Source: a virus
Taxonomy: Duplodnaviria; Caudoviricetes
Direction: 5' to 3' (one strand)
DNA: 52,133 nt
Virus record (IMG/VR): IMGVR_UViG_3300004770_000001
Coordinates: 1-52,133 of that record
Shown: piece by piece, positions 43,876 to 52,133 of the stretch
Layout of the letters: the number at the start of each line of letters is the position of its first letter
Position numbering within the stretch: the stretch's first letter is position 1
Notes under the pieces: generated by a model
The model's database searches: none
Told to the model about the DNA's origin: nothing
What the model saw: only the letters and a program-made list of their open reading frames with translations
Position numbers and translations under genes: made by a program

Positions 43876-44069
43876 TAGTCCGTTTTTTACTCCGTTTTTT
43901 TTGTTTTTCTTTAAAAACCCTGTTTTTGATGGGTTTAAAGCAGGTTGAATAGTGCCCAGAACGAGATTCGAATTGTCGTCGTTTCGGCTTTGTGTATTAA
44001 AAAGCGGCTTTTTGCAGGGTTTGGCCATGTTTTCAGGTAGATATTTACACCGTTTTTTAGTCCGTTTTA
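43876..44069. mobile_element. attP: tRNA 3'-end core (43950-43972) flanked by tandem 12-bp arm-type repeats
   Basis: Minus strand TTCGAATCTCGTTCTGGGCACTA is a T-loop plus acceptor strand; TA(G/C)(T/A)CCGTTTT(T/A) at 43876, 43888, 44046, 44058. Confidence 0.8.
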
Positions 44070-44462
44070 TCTTTCATAAGCTTTCATCCTGGCTTTCATC
44101 ACATCGAGTTCCTGGCGCATGATTTGAAGTTCGGTCCGCAAAAGTTGAATTTCGTGTATCAGCTTCGTGTCTTTTACATTTCCTTTCTTTTCGCCAGATC
44201 CACCGATAAACCATTCTGGGCTATAACCTAATATTTTTACTACTGCATCAATGGTTGAGCGGGTTACTTCATATTTTCCGGTAAGCATATTGTGAAGGCT
44301 ACCGACACTAATCCCCATCTTTTCAGAAAAGTGTATCAAGCTTCGCTGTTTGTAGGGCTGTTCGGCTTTCCATTCATTATAAACCTGGTTAAACCTTTTT
44401 TGAATCGGGCTTAATTTGGTTTTTGGATTAATAGCTTTTGCGGTATTTGAAGCGACCATCAT
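44067..44462 (-). CDS. XRE-family HTH regulator with C-terminal coiled coil
   Basis: FSEKMGISVGSLHNMLTGK...YSPEWF.GG.G. Confidence 0.8.
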   Translation of the reverse strand: MMVASNTAKAINPKTKLSPIQKRFNQVYNEWKAEQPYKQRSLIHFSEKMGISVGSLHNMLTGKYEVTRSTIDAVVKILGYSPEWFIGGSGEKKGNVKDTKLIHEIQLLRTELQIMRQELDVMKARMKAYER

Positions 44463-45007
44463 TAAAAATCTGATTTTGTAATAGATGAATTTTCAGACAT
44501 AATCAGTTTTAGGTTAGTAGTCACATCGTCAATATGTTTTTCGAGTGCTATAATCCTTTTAACATGATTGTCATAATTTTTACCCTCATTAGTGGCTTTA
44601 TATTCCTCATAAAGCGTTTTTCTTTCGAGGTGTGACATTATGAGGGTATTGTAAAGAATTTCAATGTTTGAAAAAGTATATCGGTATTTTCCTTTTTTAA
44701 AATCTATTGTTACCGTATAACGAACCTGAAACTGCATTGATCCTAAACCCTGCGGAATAATAAGATTTTGAATAGAGGTATAAACGCATGAATTGTTTTC
44801 AATGGCAATATTTGAGGCCATTGTATTATTCGCTAAAAACTTTCTGATTCTTGATTTAATCTGATCGTCATTTAAGGAAGTATCTATCTTAACAACTTCC
44901 TGATAAAATGCGGCTTTATTAGGTGTGTCAATTTTTAACTTAAATTGAGTTTGAGCCAATCCCCAAAAAGGGATAAAAATTAATAGCGTAAAAAATATCT
45001 TTTTCAT
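44462..45007 (-). CDS. Secreted DUF4468-like protein in the repressor operon
   Basis: MKKIFFTLLIFIPFWGLA/Q; YQEVV, YTVTIDFK.GKYRYTF. Confidence 0.7.
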   Translation of the reverse strand: MKKIFFTLLIFIPFWGLAQTQFKLKIDTPNKAAFYQEVVKIDTSLNDDQIKSRIRKFLANNTMASNIAIENNSCVYTSIQNLIIPQGLGSMQFQVRYTVTIDFKKGKYRYTFSNIEILYNTLIMSHLERKTLYEEYKATNEGKNYDNHVKRIIALEKHIDDVTTNLKLIMSENSSITKSDF

Positions 45008-45018
45008 TTTGATAGGGT

Positions 45019-45786
45019 TTATTTGGTTTGTGTAACATTAACTACATTGAATATTTGTAAACACTGATCGAGGTTTAAATCGAAGTCAGCGTATATTTCT
45101 TTATTTTGGTTTAAAGAATGACAGGTTATTATTCCCTTTTCGGTGTCATGCTTTGTTATTTGTTTGACGAAAATTCCATCTTCGTGAACTATGATATAAT
45201 CCTGGTACCGGTGAATATGGAATTTATTTCGCCAATGGTGCTTTTGAATTTCCCGGCCTGTAACAGTACTGCCTTCGGGTATTGAGTTTTTTGTCCCGTC
45301 ATCCATGCTATCGCCGTCAACTATAAAGGCCATGTACTTACCGCGATATACCCGGCTCACAGCGAATGAATGTTTTTGGGTGAAGTTTTCTTGAATGTAA
45401 TTTTCGTCATTATAATTATTGATATATCCGGCCTGAGCTTTAATAGGAACAAGCGGAACAACCATTATATATTGATCAGGTCCTATTTGAATAAATGGCG
45501 ATTCTTCGTCACCTTGTCCTATTTCGCCAATTATCAAACCGTTAGATTTAGGTATTTGATTTGTTACATCTGATAAATTATCAGCTTTGATAAAATTTTC
45601 TTTTACATTGTGTAAATCAATCCCCAATTTTTCCCGGACATTTTGTAAAAGGTCGGGTTCTAATTCCCCACTTTTGTAATAGATGTAAAGCATCTGCCGG
45701 GACACACCCAGCTTATCGGCAGCTTCTTGAACCGTCATTCCTGTTGACCTTACAGCCTTTTTTAAATTTTCCCCGTTGATAGTCAA
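45019..45786 (-). CDS. cI: CI-like repressor (HTH + S24 peptidase)
   Basis: MTVQEAADKLGVSRQMLY; AQAG cleavage site, VDGDSM, FVK, SLN. Confidence 0.88.
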   Translation of the reverse strand: MTINGENLKKAVRSTGMTVQEAADKLGVSRQMLYIYYKSGELEPDLLQNVREKLGIDLHNVKENFIKADNLSDVTNQIPKSNGLIIGEIGQGDEESPFIQIGPDQYIMVVPLVPIKAQAGYINNYNDENYIQENFTQKHSFAVSRVYRGKYMAFIVDGDSMDDGTKNSIPEGSTVTGREIQKHHWRNKFHIHRYQDYIIVHEDGIFVKQITKHDTEKGIITCHSLNQNKEIYADFDLNLDQCLQIFNVVNVTQTK

Positions 45787-45865
45787 TGTGTTATATGATT
45801 TGTATCATTTTTTGTAAATTATTTTACAAAATGTATTGACAATATGTAAAATAACCGTAAATTAG
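45602..45865. promoter_or_regulatory. Lysis/lysogeny switch region with TTTACA-N3-TGTAAA-like operators
   Basis: Copies at 45602-45616 (perfect arms), 45635-45649, 45823-45837, 45836-45850; TAAATTAG -7-like element near 45858. Confidence 0.6.
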
Positions 45866-45886
45866 CATTGTAATTAATTCAAAGAT

Positions 45887-46108
45887 ATGCAATTCAATTC
45901 AACAGAAACAATAGACATGCCTAAAAGTGCCACTGAGCGACTGGATGAGTTAGTGGTTGGCGCAAACATTTTAGTGAACGGTGAAAGTAAATCGAAATGG
46001 TATAGCGCAATGGCCAGGGTTGAAGATCGTACCGACAAGGAAAAACAGTTCACAATGAGAACCATGCGTGACGGCTCCGGTGAAGTAAGAGTTTGGAGGA
46101 TAAAATAA
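45887..46108 (+). CDS. First early gene divergent from cI (Cro-position DNA-binding protein)
   Basis: Position; C-terminal F..R......VRVWRI pattern. Confidence 0.65.
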   Translation: MQFNSTETIDMPKSATERLDELVVGANILVNGESKSKWYSAMARVEDRTDKEKQFTMRTMRDGSGEVRVWRIK

Positions 46109-46281
46109 TGCAGTTAATTCATTCCAATATCAGCAAGACAGCCACTAAAAAGGATAATGGTATATCTGTTTGGTCTATTGGATATGAAGCTAAACTTCAC
46201 CGGGAAGCTTTAAAAAAATACAAAAACAGGATCGAAGCAATAATAGAAGCTGACCCAACTAAAGCAGAATATTTTAAATAA
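46108..46281 (+). CDS. Hypothetical protein
   Basis: TAATG-coupled ORF. Confidence 0.55.
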   Translation: MQLIHSNISKTATKKDNGISVWSIGYEAKLHREALKKYKNRIEAIIEADPTKAEYFK

Positions 46282-46331
46282 AAAAGGCCCGGCGGGAACC
46301 GAGCCAATTCATAAAATAATTTTCAACAACT

Positions 46332-46706
46332 ATGCAAACCTACACAAATTCTATCAATCAGTCAACAAAAATTCTCGCAGCAGGAGCCGCGAAAATTGCA
46401 GCAGCCAGAGAAGTGTTAAAACGCACCATTACAAAGAAATGCTACTTCATTGAAGATTACACCGATGGCGATGTGATCGAAGTAACTATCTACGATCAGG
46501 ACGACAACTTTACTGATATCACTATCAGCCGTGACGAACTATATCAGTTCATCTCAAATCATTACAGCTTTATCGCTGATGAATTTACCGGAGGCGAACA
46601 CAACCAATATCAGAGCTACGCAAGTGCCGAAGAATTTCTTGAAGAAAACTGCATGAGCGACATTCTGAAAGACTATGTAAACAATACTAAACTTTCATTG
46701 TCATGA
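46332..46706 (+). CDS. Acidic hypothetical protein
   Basis: ORF with A-rich leader. Confidence 0.65.
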   Translation: MQTYTNSINQSTKILAAGAAKIAAAREVLKRTITKKCYFIEDYTDGDVIEVTIYDQDDNFTDITISRDELYQFISNHYSFIADEFTGGEHNQYQSYASAEEFLEENCMSDILKDYVNNTKLSLS

Positions 46707-46870
46707 AAAAACCATTGGTATTCTTCGCGCTGATTGCGCTGTTAGCCGGACTGATTGTGCTGGCTAACAAAAAACTGATTACTCCACTGGAGGCTGAGGT
46801 TTTAATCGTAGTTACTGTCATTTCGGGTGGCCTTTATTTATCAAATTCTTTCGGGAGGGCTGAGGCATGA
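46703..46870 (+). CDS. Small two-TM membrane protein
   Basis: Manual ORF MKKPLVFFALIALLAGLIVLA...; ATGA overlaps at both ends. Confidence 0.6.
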   Translation: MKKPLVFFALIALLAGLIVLANKKLITPLEAEVLIVVTVISGGLYLSNSFGRAEA

Positions 46871-47115
46871 GCAACGTAAAGATAAAAGCAATGTATGTTC
46901 GGTTTGACGAAATGCTTGCCCGGCCTAAAGTTCATTTAAGCGAACACGAAAAGTTCTTAATTGATATCAATGTCAATTCAGCTTTCAACACTTTCAAATC
47001 ATTGTTTAGTGCAGAACTGGCAGCCGAAGGACTTTCTATAGAGTTTATCGATTACGATATACCGACCTATGAATTTATGAAGGATGCCAAAGAAAGTGAG
47101 GTAGCTCATGTCTGA
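46867..47115 (+). CDS. Hypothetical protein
   Basis: Coupled ORF. Confidence 0.6.
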   Translation: MSNVKIKAMYVRFDEMLARPKVHLSEHEKFLIDINVNSAFNTFKSLFSAELAAEGLSIEFIDYDIPTYEFMKDAKESEVAHV

Positions 47116-47382
47116 TCAGGAATACGAAGCGGTAATTGTTGCATTTAAGCAATTCGGGATATTACTCGCATTCATCACCTTTTGTGCAGGGATTTTAATC
47201 TACATAGGCCGATGAACTTTCCCGACTACATCAAAGAGCAAATCCGGGAAACAGAGCGCATTCAATGGCGGCTCGAAGCATCCCGGCAAAGGTTTAACTG
47301 GATTGAAAAAATGATCCTGGCCTTTTTGAAAATAGCATCTAAATAATCAACGAATAATTTTTCAACAACAAAACCCAAAACA

Positions 47383-48027
47383 ATGGAAAATAAGCCAGCC
47401 AAAATCAATCTTGGCGAATTATGTACCCAGCTTGAATTAGCAAGCAAGATTGACAGCCTTAATAGCCTGTTAAATCAAACCCCACCTTCAGCATGGCTCA
47501 AAGAGCATAAAGGTGTAAAGTATCAACCGATTGAGCGTGTTAGAAACAACGTGCTTACAATATTCCAGGATTACGACTGGACAATCACCGAAGTTAAAGT
47601 TATTGCTAACAGCATCCTTGTAACCGGATTTATAGAATACACAAATCCGGTAACAGGCAGAATAGCTAAAAAATCCGGTGTTGGCGCGTGGCCTATTCAA
47701 TTAAAGGCTGGATCTAACCCGACTGACTTTGATAAAATCGTACAGGATGCAATCCAAAAGAACGCACCTGCCGCCGAAAGCCTTGCATTTAAAAATGCTT
47801 GCAAAAAGATAGGTCGTTTATTCAGCGATGGCGCGGACGAAGATATAATCTTCAATCCTGTTTATTCAACTGCCTTTGAAAACAAAAGAGCAGAAAACGT
47901 TGAAAACTTCGACGAAAAGACGCTGGATACAGAACTGAAAATAAATCAGGCTATCGCAGGTGGTTTAATAACCAAAGAGCGCGGAAAGGAACTTAAAGCT
48001 GCATTGAAAGGAGAGCTTGCTATATGA
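47383..48027 (+). CDS. Single-strand annealing protein (Rad52/Sak-like)
   Basis: Y.PI..V...L..IF, SGVGA, A.S.AFKNA.KK.G.LF; upstream of exonuclease and SSB. Confidence 0.7.
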   Translation: MENKPAKINLGELCTQLELASKIDSLNSLLNQTPPSAWLKEHKGVKYQPIERVRNNVLTIFQDYDWTITEVKVIANSILVTGFIEYTNPVTGRIAKKSGVGAWPIQLKAGSNPTDFDKIVQDAIQKNAPAAESLAFKNACKKIGRLFSDGADEDIIFNPVYSTAFENKRAENVENFDEKTLDTELKINQAIAGGLITKERGKELKAALKGELAI

Positions 48028-48737
48028 ACGTATTAGAAGCACCACAGGGATCAAAAGCCTGGTTAGACGCAAGAATGTACCGCTTTACTGCATCCGAAGT
48101 TTATAAGCTGTTTAAAGGTGGTAAAAGACCTATGACGGCGGCAGAACTGGAGGCCAGAGAAAAAGGCGACCGTAGAACTACTGTAGAAACTGTTTTTGGT
48201 GATGGTGCCTTGACTTATATCCGCAGAAAGGTAACAGCTTCTTTAACTTCAGGTCTATCCGAAGAATATCACTACTTCGAGAATAAAAATACCGAATGGG
48301 GCAAGGAATACGAAGCGATGGCAGCAGAAAGGTTTTCAGAAATCACCGGCCTTGAACTCGAAGAATGTGGACTGGTTATTTACAATGACATTTTCGGAGG
48401 CAGCCCGGACCGTTTGGTTAAGGGTTACAAAGAACTGATTGAAATCAAATGCCCAGCCGATAGCGCAAATCACACCTTGAATTTAGCCTGTAATAACGCT
48501 CAGGATTTAAAGGAATTGTCCGAAGATTATTACATACAGATACAGGGCAATCTGTTAGCTACAGGCTACGAAAAGGGCTATTTCGTTAGCTATGACTGGA
48601 GATTCACGCTACCAAACCTACAAATTAAAATAATAGAGGTGCCAGCGGATCTCGAAGTGCAATCAGAGCTTTTATTCAGGCTTGATCAGGCCGCCGGAGT
48701 AATGAACGAATTATTGGAAAAAATCACAGGAATTTAA
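48024..48737 (+). CDS. YqaJ/lambda-type exonuclease
   Basis: QGS..WL.AR...TAS, WG..YE..A, SPD, IEIKCP, YY.Q.Q. Confidence 0.92.
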   Translation: MNVLEAPQGSKAWLDARMYRFTASEVYKLFKGGKRPMTAAELEAREKGDRRTTVETVFGDGALTYIRRKVTASLTSGLSEEYHYFENKNTEWGKEYEAMAAERFSEITGLELEECGLVIYNDIFGGSPDRLVKGYKELIEIKCPADSANHTLNLACNNAQDLKELSEDYYIQIQGNLLATGYEKGYFVSYDWRFTLPNLQIKIIEVPADLEVQSELLFRLDQAAGVMNELLEKITGI

Positions 48738-48740
48738 GAA

Positions 48741-49022
48741 ATGGAAATAGTAAGTATATGCGTGAGTGATATCCCAAAGGATAAAATCACAGTAAGCACC
48801 AAAAACGGCAAGAAGTATTTAAGTATTGTCGTTGACAAGCGTAAATCACCCGATCAATTTGGTAACGATTTGACGGTTTACCTAAATCAAACCAAAGAAG
48901 AACGTGAGGCCAAAGCAGACCGGGTTTATGTTGGTCAGGGTAAAACCTACAACTTTAATAACACCGAAAGCAAGCCAGCAGCAGGAAGTAAAAAAGCGGA
49001 CGACGACGATTTGCCGTTTTAA
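48741..49022 (+). CDS. SSB-like protein
   Basis: NGKKYL, DQFGN, acidic DDDLPF tail. Confidence 0.75.
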   Translation: MEIVSICVSDIPKDKITVSTKNGKKYLSIVVDKRKSPDQFGNDLTVYLNQTKEEREAKADRVYVGQGKTYNFNNTESKPAAGSKKADDDDLPF

Positions 49023-49200
49023 AAATAACGGCGGCAAAAACTAATCAATTAATCATTCACTTAAAAAACCCTTAAAAGGAAAGGAAAACAGTGTTTATCA
49101 TCGGTTTAGCCGCCACCGATACTACAGGTCAGCCATAGAGCTGGCCTTTGCCAGTGAGGGGTTTCCCACTTTCTCATTTGCATAGGGTTTTAGTTGATTT

Positions 49201-49232
49201 CCGTTCCCGGCGCGAGGCTGGGGACGGTTTTT
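49201..49232 (+). terminator. Intrinsic terminator
   Basis: CCGTTCCCGGC-GCGAG-GCTGGGACGG followed by TTTTTT. Confidence 0.75.
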
Positions 49233-49254
49233 TGAAAACTTAAAAAGAAAAAAA

Positions 49255-49551
49255 ATGAAAGCTGAATTTTATAACACGATCGGACTACAAGGTGATTTAT
49301 TCACGATGGCTAAAGAATCAGCCGCTAACCAGGCTGTAAACATTCTTGATGTATTCAAAAGGCTGGGCGAACCTTTGACACCTGCCGAAGTTTTAAAGTG
49401 TTTAGAGGCAAAAGGATTCATTTACCCTATCACATCTGTACGCCGGGCAATAACTGATTTAACAGCTTCAGGTGAGCTTGTAAAGTGTAGCGAAATGAGG
49501 CCGGGATTATATGGTCAACCTAACCATACATGGAGGGCGAAAGCCGCATGA
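49255..49551 (+). CDS. Winged-helix DNA-binding protein
   Basis: LTPAEV...PITSVRRAITDLT..G.LVK...G.YG. Confidence 0.7.
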   Translation: MKAEFYNTIGLQGDLFTMAKESAANQAVNILDVFKRLGEPLTPAEVLKCLEAKGFIYPITSVRRAITDLTASGELVKCSEMRPGLYGQPNHTWRAKAA

Positions 49552-49751
49552 TTTATTTAGGGCAAAATATCAAAAAACTGAGAAAGGAAATGAAATTAAC
49601 TCAGGATCAGTTTGGCGATTTGTTCTGCATACCGGGTAAAACCATTCAAGCATACGAAAACAGGGGAATTGAAATGCCTTACCAAAAGCTGATTGTTTTA
49701 TCGAGGTATTTTAAAATATCAATCGAAGATTTATTAACCAAACAACTATGA
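49548..49751 (+). CDS. XRE-family HTH regulator
   Basis: NIKKLRKEMKLTQDQFG...TIQAYE. Confidence 0.85.
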   Translation: MIYLGQNIKKLRKEMKLTQDQFGDLFCIPGKTIQAYENRGIEMPYQKLIVLSRYFKISIEDLLTKQL

Positions 49752-50152
49752 TAGCAGAAATATTAGAGCCGGTTAAGCCGGTCCGTTACAACGGAGTTAC
49801 CAGGATTCAAACGGTATTTGTAAAACCAGTTGAATTAAATTCTTTTGAAAACCAACTGGAAAAAGCAAATCAAATAGCCAGATATGTTTTTTCTTTCTAC
49901 GGTTTAGATATTTTTTCAGTTAAAAAAAGATCACGTAAAGCTGATAATGTATTGGCAAAACGGGTTGCTATCGGCCTTATCTGTTCCAATCTTTTTAAGT
50001 TAAAAGATCGCAACGTTGCCGCAATTTTTGGCATCGACAGAACAACTGTAATTTTTTACAGGTCATCATTTAATGACTATGCAAAGTTTTACAAGGAGTT
50101 TAAAACAGAGGTTAATTCGATCGCTGAAATATTAAAGTTAAGAACCGTTTAA
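49748..50152 (+). CDS. DnaA C-terminal-like HTH protein
   Basis: SRK...V.AK......VAAIFG.DRTTVI resembles the DnaA domain IV signature. Confidence 0.65.
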   Translation: MIAEILEPVKPVRYNGVTRIQTVFVKPVELNSFENQLEKANQIARYVFSFYGLDIFSVKKRSRKADNVLAKRVAIGLICSNLFKLKDRNVAAIFGIDRTTVIFYRSSFNDYAKFYKEFKTEVNSIAEILKLRTV

Positions 50153-50161
50153 TCTACCGAA

Positions 50162-51013
50162 ATGGCTAAACAACCTTACATACCGCTCTATATCGGCGAC
50201 TGGGAAAAGGACACAAATTGTCTTACAAATTTGGCAGAATATGCTTTGTTTAAATTGACATTTAAGCTGTTTAATGCTGAAAAAAGAGGTGTTTTTTGTA
50301 CTAATTTTCGCACACTTTCAGTGCTTTTTAAGGCCGATTTGGACACAACAAAGGAGATTTTTAACGAAATTATCTTTAATAAAGTGTTAGATATTGAAGC
50401 GGGTGAAGACGGAATTTTTATTATAAAAAGCCGCCGCATGTTGCGCGAAAGCAATATTTCTGAATTGCGCTCAGAAATCGGAAAAAAAGGCGCAATCAAA
50501 AAGCAAGCAAAACGTAAGCAAACATTAAAAAACAGCGAAGCAAAACATCAGCAAAACACTGATAATGATATTGAAGATGATAATATAAATAGTGTTGATG
50601 CTAATCAAAAAATTAAAGGTGCGGATTTTGAAAAAAACAAAGCAATCGATGATTTTTTAGAGCATGTTAAGCCTTCTAAATCTTCGGCAAAAAAAGAGAA
50701 AGAACTACCGAGCCATTTTCAAGTAATTGAACACATTGAAAAAACTGCACACTGGCGAAACACTTGCGAGCATTACGGAATAAAATCCGATCAGCGCGAA
50801 TCACTGTTTAAAATTTTCTACGAGCAGAAAGAGGATAATTATAAAATAAGGCTTCCGACCTGGACTGACATTGCTCAAAACTTTTACTTCTGGGTAAAAA
50901 TCCATTTGAGCAAAAACGAAATCGATAAAGTTAAAAATCAGATTTCAAAACCAAACAGAGGCCCGGCAGCTTCCATCGAAACATTCACAGCAATTTTAAA
51001 ACCAGTACCATGA
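50162..51013 (+). CDS. Replication initiator (DUF1376/YdaU-like)
   Basis: PY.PLY.GDW..DT..L; RS..GKKG; internal iteron-like repeats. Confidence 0.7.
   Translation: MAKQPYIPLYIGDWEKDTNCLTNLAEYALFKLTFKLFNAEKRGVFCTNFRTLSVLFKADLDTTKEIFNEIIFNKVLDIEAGEDGIFIIKSRRMLRESNISELRSEIGKKGAIKKQAKRKQTLKNSEAKHQQNTDNDIEDDNINSVDANQKIKGADFEKNKAIDDFLEHVKPSKSSAKKEKELPSHFQVIEHIEKTAHWRNTCEHYGIKSDQRESLFKIFYEQKEDNYKIRLPTWTDIAQNFYFWVKIHLSKNEIDKVKNQISKPNRGPAASIETFTAILKPVP
50501..50560 (+). repeat. Iteron-like AGCAAA(A)C repeats, probable origin of replication
   Basis: Four copies inside the initiator gene, followed by an AT-rich tract. Confidence 0.55.
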
Positions 51014-51792
51014 GCCAGTTAATCAAATCCGAAAACGTTCTTAGCCAGCCCAACGCTTTGCAGGTTCACGAAAACGAACTGTTTAACACCGTAGCAGCTT
51101 CGATAGCAAAATGCTATGCTGATTTGAATCAGGCTATGCCTTCTGATCCTACATATTTGGTAACAGAGGTGACAAATTCGATTTTAAACCGGTTTCCTGC
51201 AATGAGGCTGCCTGAGATACCTATCGCATTCGCAAACGGCATACGAGGCGATTACGGGCAGTATTTCGGGTTAAGCGTAATTAGCTTCGAGCAGTTCATC
51301 GAAGGCTATCTAACGAGCGAGAGCCGCCGTAAATTGGTTCAGGAAAGAAACAAAGTAAACGATTTAAAATCCGAGCCAACAAAAGATGAAAAATTTGACA
51401 CGGCTAAGAATTTAACGCTTGAAGTTTTTGAAAAGGTTAAGTTAGGAAAGCAGGTCGGATTGAATGGCGCCACAGTTTATGAGTTTTTAAATTCCATTTC
51501 TCTGATTGGTCCTGATTACAAAAAAGGAGTTATGCCGAGGGCACTCGAAGAATATGTTCAGGAATTAAAAGCCGAGGCCGTTAACTGCATGGAGATTATA
51601 AAAAGACGGTATTTAAATCAAAGGCTTGAACTACTCCAGCAGAATATCGAAGCAGATGCGATAACTCCAGATCAGTACAAAGAATGCAAAAGAGTTGCAA
51701 AGCGGCTGATTTTAACCGATTGGATGCGTGATCACATGCTCGAAGAAACGGATTTAAACGCTTTGATTGAATCCCGGAGGAATGCAATATGA
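51010..51792 (+). CDS. Replication-associated hypothetical protein (helicase-loader position)
   Basis: Coupled to the initiator; EI..AF..G..G.YG motif. Confidence 0.55.
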   Translation: MSQLIKSENVLSQPNALQVHENELFNTVAASIAKCYADLNQAMPSDPTYLVTEVTNSILNRFPAMRLPEIPIAFANGIRGDYGQYFGLSVISFEQFIEGYLTSESRRKLVQERNKVNDLKSEPTKDEKFDTAKNLTLEVFEKVKLGKQVGLNGATVYEFLNSISLIGPDYKKGVMPRALEEYVQELKAEAVNCMEIIKRRYLNQRLELLQQNIEADAITPDQYKECKRVAKRLILTDWMRDHMLEETDLNALIESRRNAI

Positions 51793-52133
51793 AGCAATGT
51801 TCAACCTTTGGTTGCTGGCATCCGGTGTTTTCCAAAGGGCTTTGTCAAACTCACTGGCGGCAGCAATACGGCAAACCGATAAAAAAAAGTAAGACATTAA
51901 AGCAAACCGACGAAGATCCTGCTAAACCGTTTAAGGTTTACAGAACGGCTGAAATAAAAAAAGTAAGTACCAGGCAGCAGAAGCTTTTAGCGGAATATTC
52001 AATCCTTCATAAACAATTCATGGCCAATCATCCAGAATGCGAAGCCAAAGCCGAAGGATGCGATGGTAAAGCTACGCAGGTGCATCACAAAAAAGGCCGG
52101 GGCGAATATCTCAACCGAACTGAAACATGGCTG
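51789..52133 (+). CDS. HNH-like Zn-binding nuclease, 5' part (continues across the junction to TGA at 167-169)
   Basis: Manual translation MKQCSTFGC...HPECEAKAEGCDGKATQVHHKKGRG...WLAVCFNCHRMIE; ATGA overlaps at both ends. Confidence 0.75.
   Translation, partial: MKQCSTFGCWHPVFSKGLCQTHWRQQYGKPIKKSKTLKQTDEDPAKPFKVYRTAEIKKVSTRQQKLLAEYSILHKQFMANHPECEAKAEGCDGKATQVHHKKGRGEYLNRTETWL
52064..52133. repeat. 70-bp direct repeat identical to 1-70
   Basis: Exact match to the window start. Confidence 0.95.

Noticed and set aside
43950-43972. A second tRNA gene
   Set aside because: Only the T-loop and 3' acceptor strand are present, so it is treated as the att core
43849-44028. 60-aa N-terminal extension of the integrase in the ORF track
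   Set aside because: It overlaps the attP core and arm repeats and is low-complexity; ATG 43848 is the more plausible start
1-52133. CRISPR array, rRNA or stop-codon reassignment
   Set aside because: No regularly spaced repeat-spacer array or rRNA-like region; genes are full length and densely packed in the standard code

Overview
The window is an apparently complete (~52.06 kb, circularly assembled; 1-70 is repeated at 52064-52133) temperate siphovirus-type phage genome. Its host is most likely a member of the Bacteroidota, judging from A-rich SD-less translation starts, TAnnTTTG-type promoters, signal peptides cleaved before Gln, and SprB/MBG-like domains. Gene order: C5 DNA methyltransferase, PAPS-reductase-like and nin-like accessory genes; TerS and PBSX-type TerL; portal, gpF-like protein, protease and HK97-fold capsid; a methyltransferase/glycosyltransferase cluster; connector and tail genes with a -1 frameshift chaperone; tape measure; tail tip; three giant Ser/Thr/Gly-rich fibre-like proteins; nucleotide-processing genes; a tRNA-like RNA; holin and GH25 lysin; a secreted nuclease; integrase with attP (tRNA 3' end core plus arm repeats); CI/Cro-like switch; recombination and replication genes. 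The most unusual signal is a membrane/secretion-linked morphogenesis module. The major capsid protein starts with a two-helix hydrophobic anchor, all three tail-fibre-like proteins carry Sec signal peptides, and glycosyltransferases sit inside the virion operon. Four structural transcription units share an upstream TTGCA-N5-GCAACACGA motif. All family calls come from motif recognition by eye; no database searches were run.
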